The position numbers and the translations under genes were made by a program. This document shows, piece after piece, positions 46,778 to 54,929 of a DNA stretch of 64,000 nucleotides. Every line of letters starts with the position of its first letter. The stretch's first letter is position 1. The notes under the pieces were generated by a model. That model was not told where the DNA came from. It did not search any database and saw only the letters and a list, made by a program, of their open reading frames with translations. The stretch comes from Lachnospiraceae bacterium (GTDB lineage Bacteria > Bacillota > Clostridia > Lachnospirales > Lachnospiraceae): NCBI GenBank assembly GCA_022796795.1, contig JAAWJI010000015.1, positions 497 to 64,496 on the forward strand. The letters run 5' to 3'.

Positions 46778-48922
46778 ATGAGAGGTTTTGGAAAAAATAT
46801 AGACAGTCGGAAATATCTGGATCCTTTTATCTGCGGCTGTATGGGGGCGGTTGTGTTTTTGCTGCTCTTTGGAACAGAAACGCTTTGTGTGACCTGTGAC
46901 AAGTGGATTCTGAAAGGATATGTGGAGGAGGACATCATTCAGCACTATACAGGCTGGATGGCCTTTCGGGATTCCGCCTGGAGCTTTCCTCTGGGCCTTT
47001 CGGGGAATCTGGGATATCCCACGGGCACGGCCATCTCCTTTACGGATTCCCTGCCCCTGATTTCCATTCTTTTTAAATGCATCTCCGGAATCTTGCCGGA
47101 AACCTTTCAGTTTTTCGGCTGGTATATTCTTTGCTGTTATGTGCTGCAGGGAATTTCCTCCAGCCTTTTCGTCCGGCTATTTACGAAAAATCCCTGGGGC
47201 GTCTATGGTTCCAGCCTGCTGTTTACGTGCTCACCGATTCTGCTGGAACGGGCATTCCGCCATACGGCCCTTGCGTCCCAGTGGCTGATTTTGTTTGCCC
47301 TGTATCTGTATTTCCGGGCGCGAAGAAGCGGGCGTTTGCCCTGGGGCTTTCTGGCGCTTCAGGCGCTCTGCGTGGGGATTCATCCCTATTTTGTGCCCAT
47401 GGTGTGCGGGATCCTGGCTGCCTGGACTCTGGAGGGAATGCTGCCGGGGGCTGGCTGGAGGAAGGAAGCTGCCGGCAGGGCTTTGGGACTGGCCGGACAG
47501 ACAGAGTCTGTGTCCGGGATGGAAAAGCTGGCCGGTAAGGCAGCCTGCGGATTGTTTTTCCTGGGGAATCTGCTGGTTGTGGCCGCTACCGGGTATGTAT
47601 TGGGGTTATTCGGAAGCGGTGTGTCTGGTTCGGCGGGCGGATTCGGGTATTATTCCATGAATCTCAACGCCCTGTGGAATCCGGTTAGCTTGGGAATGGA
47701 GAAGTGGTCTGGGATTTTTCCGGCGCTTCCCCAGATCAACGGCAATTATGACGGCTTTAACTACCTGGGAGCAGGGGTACTGTTGTTTGCAGGAGCAGGC
47801 ATTCTGGGAAAACTGGGAAGACTGGTGGGAGAGAAGAAATTAGGAGCTTTTTGTAAACGCTATATGGGGCTGCTTCTCTTTTGCGCCTTCTGTACCTTAT
47901 TTGCCTGGAGCCATGTAATCACCTGGGGGAGCCGGGAGCTTTTCACCCTGCCTTTGCCCCAGACTGTGCAGGGGCTGTGCTCCATTTTTCGCGCCAGCGG
48001 GCGTATGTTCTGGCCGGTCTATGAGCTATTGTTTCTCATTGCCTGCCTTGGGGCTGTGCGCCTGCCGGGAGTCCTGAAAAAGCGGCTTGGACATGAGGGA
48101 AATGAAAAGGTTTCCGGATTCAAAGGCCGGTTGCCAATCAGACGGATGATACCGGGAGCAATGACTGTGCTTTTGCTCCTGCAGCTATTTGATCTGACCC
48201 CGGCCTTTGCCTGGAAGCATGCCTCCATGGATGGGGAGTATCCGGGAACCGGAAGCTATCACCCGGAGTTTTATGAGTCAGAGGATTGGCAGCAGGTGCT
48301 GGGAGCCTATGAGCGGACAGAGCTTCTGAACTATCATCATGACTACAACCTGGCGGCATTTTTGATGAAGCATCACCAGAAATCCAATATACTTCCTGCC
48401 AACCGGGGAGATTTTGGGGCGGCCAAGGAGCGGTGCGAGGAGATGATTCTGGAGCTGTACCAGGGCGGAGATATGGAGGAGCAAGTGCTCTATGTGACCA
48501 ATGATCCTTTGCTGGCTGACCAGCTGGCCGGGAAGCTTTCGGAGAATCTGACGGCATACGACCTGGGAGAATACACAGGCTTTGGACGGATCCGGCAGGA
48601 TGTGACGGCCAAAGGCTTTGCTCCGGAGAGAGAGACGGGAGGATTTGCCGTGATTGCGCCGGACAGCCCGGACTGGAATTATCTGCGGGCGGCAAAGGAT
48701 AATGAGCTTGTGTTCCCCTCTACTGCGGCTCTGGAGTGGGAGCTTTCCCAGGCGAAAGGGCTTATGATGGGGCAGGAATCTATGGAAATCACGGGCATGG
48801 AAATTTATTCCAATGAATATATCCGGGATTATGCATATGTGCAGTGTCCAGAAGGCGCGGATCTCACAGCGTGGAGGCAGGCGAAAGGCATTCGGATCAT
48901 TCCCCAGGATGAGGCAGAGTGA
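46778..48922 (+). CDS. large polytopic membrane protein (714 aa), putative GT-C-like glycosyltransferase (DUF6311-like from memory, unverified)
   Basis: N-terminal ~470 aa is multi-TM with loop motif ...QHYTGWMAFRDSAWSFPLG...TDSLPLISILFK...FQFFGWY.... The C-terminal ~240 aa are soluble. RBS GGAGGGAAAGGG lies upstream. Confidence 0.55.
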   Translation: MRGFGKNIDSRKYLDPFICGCMGAVVFLLLFGTETLCVTCDKWILKGYVEEDIIQHYTGWMAFRDSAWSFPLGLSGNLGYPTGTAISFTDSLPLISILFKCISGILPETFQFFGWYILCCYVLQGISSSLFVRLFTKNPWGVYGSSLLFTCSPILLERAFRHTALASQWLILFALYLYFRARRSGRLPWGFLALQALCVGIHPYFVPMVCGILAAWTLEGMLPGAGWRKEAAGRALGLAGQTESVSGMEKLAGKAACGLFFLGNLLVVAATGYVLGLFGSGVSGSAGGFGYYSMNLNALWNPVSLGMEKWSGIFPALPQINGNYDGFNYLGAGVLLFAGAGILGKLGRLVGEKKLGAFCKRYMGLLLFCAFCTLFAWSHVITWGSRELFTLPLPQTVQGLCSIFRASGRMFWPVYELLFLIACLGAVRLPGVLKKRLGHEGNEKVSGFKGRLPIRRMIPGAMTVLLLLQLFDLTPAFAWKHASMDGEYPGTGSYHPEFYESEDWQQVLGAYERTELLNYHHDYNLAAFLMKHHQKSNILPANRGDFGAAKERCEEMILELYQGGDMEEQVLYVTNDPLLADQLAGKLSENLTAYDLGEYTGFGRIRQDVTAKGFAPERETGGFAVIAPDSPDWNYLRAAKDNELVFPSTAALEWELSQAKGLMMGQESMEITGMEIYSNEYIRDYAYVQCPEGADLTAWRQAKGIRIIPQDEAE

Positions 48923-48994
48923 GAAAAAGCTGTTCAGGCAGAACAAAGAGGGGCCATGGGACGGAAGCAGGAAGGAAATCAGGTAGGAGAGGTT

Positions 48995-49945
48995 ATGGAG
49001 AAGATATCAATTATTGTGCCCTGCTATAATGAAGAGGAGGCTGTTCCCCTGTTTTATCGGGAGATCTGCAGGGTATTTCAGGAGATCCCTGATATAGAAT
49101 TGGAGCTGATCTTTGTAAATGACGGATCCCGGGACGGTACCCTAAAGGTGGTAAAGGGGCTGGCGTCCCAGGATACCCGGGTGAAATACGTGGGCTTATC
49201 CCGGAATTTCGGGAAAGAAGCTGGTATGTATGCGGGGATGAGCTATGCATCTGGGGATTATGCGGCTATTATGGATGTGGATCTGCAGGATCCTCCTGCC
49301 TTGCTGCCAGAAATGCTGCGCAGTATCCGGGAGGAAGGCTATGACTGTGTAGCCACCCGCCGGGTGAGCCGCAAGGGGGAACCGCCCATACGCTCGCTGT
49401 TTGCCCGAATCTTTTACCGCATGATGCACCGCATATCCAGCACCGAGATCGTGGATGGAGCCCGGGACTACCGGCTCATGACCCGTCAGTTTGTGGGAGA
49501 GATCCTGCGCCTGGGAGAATACAACCGGTTTTCCAAGGGGCTGTTTGGCTGGGTGGGCTTTGAGACAAAATGGCTGGAATATGAAAATGTGGAGCGGGTA
49601 GCAGGAGAGACGAAGTGGTCTTTTTGGAAGCTGCTTTTGTACAGTATTGAGGGAATCGTGGGGTTTTCTACGGCGCCTCTGGCCTTTTCGGCCTTTTTGG
49701 GCGTATTTTTCTGCCTGGTGGCTTTTCTGGCCATTTGTTTTATTATAGTGCGAACCATGCTTTACGGGGACCCGGTGTCAGGTTGGCCTTCTATGGTGTG
49801 TATTATGGTATTTATTGGAGGGATCCAGCTTTTTTGCATCGGGATTGTGGGAGAATATTTGGCGAAGACTTATTTAGAGACCAAAAGACGGCCCATTTTT
49901 ATCTGCAAAGAAACCAATGTAGACAGTGGAGATAATAAAGAATAA
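48995..49945 (+). CDS. GT2 polyprenyl-phosphate glycosyltransferase (GtrB/ArnC/CsbB architecture), copy 2
   Basis: Canonical ISIIVPCYNEEE, IFVNDGSRDGT, LSRNFGKEAG and MDVDLQDPP motifs. C-terminal double-TM hairpin with ...GIVGEYLAKTYLETKRRPIF. RBS GGTAGGAGAGG precedes ATG 48995. Confidence 0.85.
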   Translation: MEKISIIVPCYNEEEAVPLFYREICRVFQEIPDIELELIFVNDGSRDGTLKVVKGLASQDTRVKYVGLSRNFGKEAGMYAGMSYASGDYAAIMDVDLQDPPALLPEMLRSIREEGYDCVATRRVSRKGEPPIRSLFARIFYRMMHRISSTEIVDGARDYRLMTRQFVGEILRLGEYNRFSKGLFGWVGFETKWLEYENVERVAGETKWSFWKLLLYSIEGIVGFSTAPLAFSAFLGVFFCLVAFLAICFIIVRTMLYGDPVSGWPSMVCIMVFIGGIQLFCIGIVGEYLAKTYLETKRRPIFICKETNVDSGDNKE

Positions 49946-50031
49946 TCATTATCCGGAACACCGCTGAAGAGCAAATCGCGGCTGCAAAAAGCTGGCAGGC
50001 CAATGGCAAACAAGACAAAGGAGGCAGACGC

Positions 50032-50982
50032 ATGCAAACCGCATTAGTGGGATATACGGGCTTTGTAGGTTCCAACCTGGCAAAGACCCATGAATTTACA
50101 AAGCTGTACAATTCAAAGAATATCAGGGAAGCCATGGGCTTGGCCCCTGATTTGCTGGTTTACGCAGGGGTGCGGGCGGAAAAGTTTCTGGCCAACCAGG
50201 AGCCCGGGCGGGATCTGGCGTCGGTGCAGGAGGCGTTTTCCAATATACGGGGAATCCGGCCCCAAAAGCTGGTGCTGATCTCCACCATCGACGTATTCCA
50301 AAGGCCCGTGGAGGTGGATGAGGAAACTCCCGTGGAGGAAAAAAATCTGCAGCCTTATGGGGCCAATCGGTACAGGCTGGAGCAGCAGGTGCGGGAGGAA
50401 TATCCGGATGCTCTGATTGTACGGCTGCCGGGGCTTTACGGGGAAAATCTGAAAAAGAATTTCATCTATGATTTGATCCATGTGATTCCATCCATGCTGC
50501 GGGAGGAAAAATACCAGGAGCTTGAAATTCGTGAGAAGCTGCCCTTCCCCTGCTATGAGAAGCAGGACAATGGGTTCTATAAGTGTCGAAAGCTTGATGC
50601 CCGTGAGGAGGAGAAGCTTAAGGAGTATTTTAAGCGCCAGGATTTTTCCGCCTTGCATTTTACGGACAGCCGCAGCGTGTTTCAGTTTTATCCCTTGTCC
50701 TTGCTGTGGGGACATATCGAGAAGGCGCTTGCGCTGGATCTTCGGCTTTTGCATCTGGCTACGGAGCCTTTGGAGGCGGGGGAGCTTTACAAAGAGCTGA
50801 CTGGAGAGGAATTTGTGAATCATACGACACAGACGCCGGCCTTATATGATTACCGCAGCAGGTATGCCGGAGGGCTTGGGGGCGCCGGGGGGTATGTGCT
50901 GGATCGAGAATTTCTGGTGGAGGACATCAAGCGGTATGTGAGGGAGGAAAACAACAAACATGGGAAGAGCAGGCATGAGTGA
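50032..50982 (+). CDS. NAD(P)-binding Rossmann-fold epimerase/reductase-like protein (extended SDR-like)
   Basis: N-terminal VGYTGFVGSNL glycine motif and a mid-protein PYGANRYRLE segment resembling the YxxxK region of RmlD/GalE-type enzymes. Confidence 0.65.
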   Translation: MQTALVGYTGFVGSNLAKTHEFTKLYNSKNIREAMGLAPDLLVYAGVRAEKFLANQEPGRDLASVQEAFSNIRGIRPQKLVLISTIDVFQRPVEVDEETPVEEKNLQPYGANRYRLEQQVREEYPDALIVRLPGLYGENLKKNFIYDLIHVIPSMLREEKYQELEIREKLPFPCYEKQDNGFYKCRKLDAREEEKLKEYFKRQDFSALHFTDSRSVFQFYPLSLLWGHIEKALALDLRLLHLATEPLEAGELYKELTGEEFVNHTTQTPALYDYRSRYAGGLGGAGGYVLDREFLVEDIKRYVREENNKHGKSRHE

Positions 50983-52015
50983 CGGATATAAGCCGCCCTT
51001 TACAATGACAGAGGAGATCACGAATCTTGTAATTGAGATTGGCGAGAAGGTGGGGGCTGTGGCAGCCTGCAGTGTCTTACAGCCAAATCCCAAGCTGCGC
51101 CGTGAGAACAGAATCAGATCCATTCATGCAACTCTTGCTATTGAACAAAATACGCTTACCCTGGGACAGGTGACGGATGTGATAAACGGAAATACTGTAC
51201 TGGGACCACCGCAGGACATCCATGAAGTAAAAAATGCTTATGAAGCATACGAGAGAGTATCGTCGCTTGATCCTTACAGTGTGAAAAATCTGCTATTGGC
51301 TCATAAGATCATGATGGAAGGGCTGGTTAAAGAGGCAGGAAGATTCAGAAGCAAAAATGTAGGAGTGTATGCGGGAAAGCAGTTGATCCATGCAGGTTCC
51401 CCGGCGAACTATGTGCCGGATCTGATGAGACAGCTTTTTGACTGGCTGAGGAAATCCAAGCTTCATCCCCTGGTGAAGTCCTGCGTCTTCCATTACGAAT
51501 TTGAATTTATTCATCCTTTTGCAGATGGAAACGGACGCACAGGAAGACTGTGGCAGTCATTGATTCTGCAGAAATGGAAGGAATTCTTTGCCTGGATGCC
51601 CATGGAAAGTCTGATTTATGCAAAGCAGGAAGGATATTATCAGGCCCTTAACGCGTCGAACAGGGCAGGGGAATCTACCATCTTTGTTGCGTTTATGCTT
51701 GAGGTGATTCGGGATGCGCTGAGGGATATAGTAGAAAGTCAGAACAAACCGGCGGATGTGGGAGAAAATGTCGGTATAAATGTCGGTATAAATGTGGGAG
51801 AAAATGTCGGTATAAAGATCGGAACAAACGAGGAGAAGGTGGTGACGCTGCTCAGGCAGGATAGCAGATTAACCGCTAAAACTCTGGCTTCCACACTGGG
51901 ACTGACAGATAGACAGGTGGAGAGGATTTTGTCGAAACTGAAAGCGGATGGGAAAATAGTCCGGCATGGGGCAAGCAAAAATGGATATTGGGAAGTACGA
52001 AAGGATAGAATATGA
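50960..52015 (+). CDS. Fic family protein (AMPylase-type Fic domain with C-terminal wHTH)
   Basis: Canonical Fic motif HPFADGNGRTGR, an N-terminal Fic_N-like region with SIHATLAIEQN, and a C-terminal wHTH (LTAKTLASTLGLTDRQVERILSKLKADGKIV). The start is 50960 (RBS GGGAGGAAAA) or 50975. Either start overlaps the upstream gene. Confidence 0.9.
   Translation: MGRAGMSDGYKPPFTMTEEITNLVIEIGEKVGAVAACSVLQPNPKLRRENRIRSIHATLAIEQNTLTLGQVTDVINGNTVLGPPQDIHEVKNAYEAYERVSSLDPYSVKNLLLAHKIMMEGLVKEAGRFRSKNVGVYAGKQLIHAGSPANYVPDLMRQLFDWLRKSKLHPLVKSCVFHYEFEFIHPFADGNGRTGRLWQSLILQKWKEFFAWMPMESLIYAKQEGYYQALNASNRAGESTIFVAFMLEVIRDALRDIVESQNKPADVGENVGINVGINVGENVGIKIGTNEEKVVTLLRQDSRLTAKTLASTLGLTDRQVERILSKLKADGKIVRHGASKNGYWEVRKDRI
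51758..51829 (+). repeat. in-frame 12-nt tandem repeat (6 units) inside the Fic gene
   Basis: GTGGGAGAAAAT GTCGGTATAAAT GTCGGTATAAAT GTGGGAGAAAAT GTCGGTATAAAG ATCGGAACAAAC encodes VGEN VGIN VGIN VGEN VGIK IGTN. Confidence 0.85.
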
Positions 52016-52022
52016 GGGACGC

Positions 52023-52814
52023 CTATGGATGATAGGCGCCCCTCATATTTTGGAACAGAATTTTCAGAAGCTCGGAATTTCCCCTGAAAAAACTGATTTT
52101 GGTTGGCGTTTTCTGTCCCCGGGGATAGACACGGGTAACGGGAACCTCGCAGGCGCGAAGCCCCAGCTGGGAGGCGCGCACAGAGAGATAGGCCAAAAGC
52201 TCATAGCCCATGAATATTTCCCGGAAGGGCTGCACATGGGGATGGGTCAGGTAGCGCCGGGAATAGGCACGGAAGGCGTTGGTGGTATCCGTGAAGCGCT
52301 GGCGGGCAGTGAGGGAAATCACCGGGGCGTGGAGCAGCACCACGGAGAAAAAGCGCACCGGCGGCGTATGGACGCCACGTCCTCCCTTGATAAAGCGGGA
52401 ACCCTGGACAAAGTCATAACCCTGCTCCAGTTTTTCAAGAAAACGGGGGATATCCTCGATGCTGTCCTTGTTGTTACCGTCCACGGTCAGCACGCCCTTG
52501 TAGCCCCTCTCCAGGGCCCACCAAAATCCCATGCGGAGCTGGGCTCCCTGCTTTCCCACGTCCTCCTTTACCAGGAGCGTGTTCACCCCCAGGGAACGGA
52601 GCAGATCCTCCTGGGTGGATCCGTCGGTGGAACCGCCGTCGCAGAGAATGATGTCCACCAATTTGTGAACGCCGTATTTTTTTGCCCGCTTCAGTTCTTT
52701 CTGAATGCGGCTGTTTTCGTTTATAATGGGGATACACACACAGTAATCCCGCTGTTTGGGAGCGTATTCCTCCGCTCGAAAGCGGGGAACGCCTGGTTGT
52801 TTTTCATAGATCAT
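52023..52814 (-). CDS. GT2 glycosyltransferase, soluble (DPM1/GpgS-like, no TM)
   Basis: ...CVCIPIINE..., ...ILCDGGSTDGS... and ...LTVDGNNKD... (DxD-like). ATG 52814 is preceded by GAGGTG. The track start at 52967 was rejected. Confidence 0.8.
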   Translation of the reverse strand: MIYEKQPGVPRFRAEEYAPKQRDYCVCIPIINENSRIQKELKRAKKYGVHKLVDIILCDGGSTDGSTQEDLLRSLGVNTLLVKEDVGKQGAQLRMGFWWALERGYKGVLTVDGNNKDSIEDIPRFLEKLEQGYDFVQGSRFIKGGRGVHTPPVRFFSVVLLHAPVISLTARQRFTDTTNAFRAYSRRYLTHPHVQPFREIFMGYELLAYLSVRASQLGLRACEVPVTRVYPRGQKTPTKISFFRGNSELLKILFQNMRGAYHP

Positions 52815-52884
52815 GGTACACCTCGTTATTGATAGAGAAAATTTGACCAGAACACACATGGTTGGAAAATATGGTGTCCCTTCC

Positions 52885-53712
52885 CTAGGCAAACAGAGCG
52901 CGGGTCCTATGCAGGATCTTGGAAAGCTCCTCCAGAGAATCAAGCCTGCCCATCTCAACAGAAACATAGCCTTTCCAGCCTTTGGTCTCCCAGGCGTCCT
53001 GCGTCAGGGATGCAAGCTCCCGGTGAAGCTTCTCGTGGGACTCCTTAAGAGGAATCAGGTTGGGCTCGCTGATATGGATATGATTGACAAAGGGAAGCCA
53101 CTGGGGGAAGCTGGAAAGGGATTCCTGATTTTCAATCATAGTCCCCAGATCCAGGTTGACCGCAAAACCGGCTTTGTGGGATGCATCCAGAATGGAACGA
53201 ATTTGCGCGGCCAAATCGCAGGCCTGATCCGTGGTATTGATGAAATTGGTGTGATAGATAGGCGGATTAGGCTCCATGGAAAGAGTGACGCCCCGCTCTG
53301 CCCCATAGGCCCCCAGTTCCCGGAAAAAGTCCAAAACCGGCTCCAGGGGAGCTCCCTGGGGCCGCTGCCTGTTCCTGGGACTGCCGAAAACCAGATTGGG
53401 ACAGCCAATGGCAGCAGCAAAATCAATGGCCTGTCGGGTATAATCCAGCAAAGACAGGCGCTCCTCCATGGTTCCGAAAAGGCTCTCTTTTCGTCCATAC
53501 CAGATAGACTGCATGGAACAGACAGAAAGACTATATGTGTCATACAAAGAGCAGGCAAAAGCCTTGGCTTCCTTAATCCTGGCATAAGGCTGCTCCGGAA
53601 AAATCCGTGTAGGGGCGATCTCCAGCCCGGTAAATCCAAGCTTCTGCAGAAGAGAATAGACAGCCTCATCCATTTCAGAGCTCCAGGCAATATTGGAAAC
53701 AGATAAATTCAT
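52885..53712 (-). CDS. sugar phosphate isomerase/epimerase (xylose isomerase-like TIM barrel, AP_endonuc_2 family)
   Basis: 275 aa. MNLSVSNIAWS...GFTGLEIAP..., ...NLVFGSP..., ...LSMEPN... and ...HIHISE... pattern typical of this fold. RBS AAGAGG lies upstream. Confidence 0.8.
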   Translation of the reverse strand: MNLSVSNIAWSSEMDEAVYSLLQKLGFTGLEIAPTRIFPEQPYARIKEAKAFACSLYDTYSLSVCSMQSIWYGRKESLFGTMEERLSLLDYTRQAIDFAAAIGCPNLVFGSPRNRQRPQGAPLEPVLDFFRELGAYGAERGVTLSMEPNPPIYHTNFINTTDQACDLAAQIRSILDASHKAGFAVNLDLGTMIENQESLSSFPQWLPFVNHIHISEPNLIPLKESHEKLHRELASLTQDAWETKGWKGYVSVEMGRLDSLEELSKILHRTRALFA

Positions 53713-53792
53713 GGGTGCGCCTCTTTTCCTTTTTCCCTACATCCTACCATTTTTCCGTTGAATATTCAACCTCAAAATGGTATGCTAGTAAA

Positions 53793-54929
53793 ATGATGAA
53801 AGAATATGATAAGATTATTTTAGGAGCCGGCCTCTATGGCCTCTATGCAGCTCTGTTTTGCGCAAAGAGGGGACAGCGGGCGCTGGTGCTGGAGTATGAT
53901 CCGGAGGCCTTTGGCCGTGCCACGTATGTGAATCAGGCCCGGGTGCATATGGGATATCATTATCCCCGTTCTCTTTCCACGGCCATGAAATCCGCCGGTT
54001 ATTTTCAGCGATTTCTGGAAGATTATGGATTTTGCATCCTGCAGGAATTTGAACAGGTCTATGCCACCTCAGCAAAATTTTCCTGGACGGATGCGGCGCA
54101 ATTCCGACAGTTCTGCCAGGCAGCCAAAATTCGCTGCGAGGAGGTGGGGCCGGAACGGTATTTTCAGCCTGGAATGTGCGACGGCGCTTTTCTCACCACG
54201 GAATATACTTACGACGCCCGGATTCTGCGGGATTTTTTTCTGGAGAAGCTTGCGGAATACCCCAAGGTGGAGCTAAGATTTGGAGCCAGGATCCGGCGGA
54301 TCTATGAGAGCGGAAATCAATTTGTGGTAGAAGAGGAAGACGGGGAGGTATCTGGCACAGGATTTCTGTTAAATGCCACCTATGCTTCTGCCAACCAGGT
54401 GCTGCGGCGGGTGGAGGGGATATTGGCGGAGCCCTTTGGGACCAAATATGAGCTCTGTGAAATTATTTTATGCCATCCCTCCAAGACTCTGGAACCCGTG
54501 GGGATTACCGTCATGGACGGGCCGTTTTTTTCCATTATGCCCTTTGGAAAGACAGGATACCATTCTCTGACCTCCGTGACCTTTACACCCCATAAGACAA
54601 GCTATGACATGCTTCCCACATTTCCCTGTCAGGAAAAGAGCAGGGGAGGGTGCAATCCGGCCCAGCTTGGAAACTGCAATACCTGTCCGGCCCGGCCTGC
54701 CAGCGCATGGCCCTTCATGTCCCACATGGCAGAAAAATATCTGCGCAGGGAGTATGAGTTTTCCTATTCCCATTCGCTGTTTTCCATGAAGCCTATTTTG
54801 AAAAACTCGGAGCTGGATGATTCCAGGCCCACGGTGGTGCGGCGTTTTTCGGAAAAGCCAACCCTTGTCAGCGTGCTTTCGGGGAAAATCAATACAGTGT
54901 ATGATTTAGATGAGGTATTAATAATATGA
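53793..54929 (+). CDS. FAD-dependent oxidoreductase (DAO/glycerol-3-phosphate-oxidase-like Rossmann N-terminus)
   Basis: MMKEYDKIILGAGLYGLYAALFCAKRGQRALVLE dinucleotide-binding motif is at the N-terminus only if the start is 53793. It contains a CX7CX7CX2C insert. It is divergent from the TIM-barrel gene across an 80-bp spacer. Confidence 0.8.
   Translation: MMKEYDKIILGAGLYGLYAALFCAKRGQRALVLEYDPEAFGRATYVNQARVHMGYHYPRSLSTAMKSAGYFQRFLEDYGFCILQEFEQVYATSAKFSWTDAAQFRQFCQAAKIRCEEVGPERYFQPGMCDGAFLTTEYTYDARILRDFFLEKLAEYPKVELRFGARIRRIYESGNQFVVEEEDGEVSGTGFLLNATYASANQVLRRVEGILAEPFGTKYELCEIILCHPSKTLEPVGITVMDGPFFSIMPFGKTGYHSLTSVTFTPHKTSYDMLPTFPCQEKSRGGCNPAQLGNCNTCPARPASAWPFMSHMAEKYLRREYEFSYSHSLFSMKPILKNSELDDSRPTVVRRFSEKPTLVSVLSGKINTVYDLDEVLII

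Noticed and set aside
51758-51829. CRISPR-like short repeat array
   Set aside because: The units are contiguous 12-mers without spacers, in frame, inside a coding sequence. This is a coding tandem repeat.
51966-53706. 288-aa and 297-aa plus-strand ORFs
   Set aside because: The opposite (minus) strand encodes a GT2 with DGGSTDGS/DGNNKD motifs and a xylose-isomerase-like TIM barrel, each with an RBS. The plus-strand frames are Gly/His/Gln-rich shadows.
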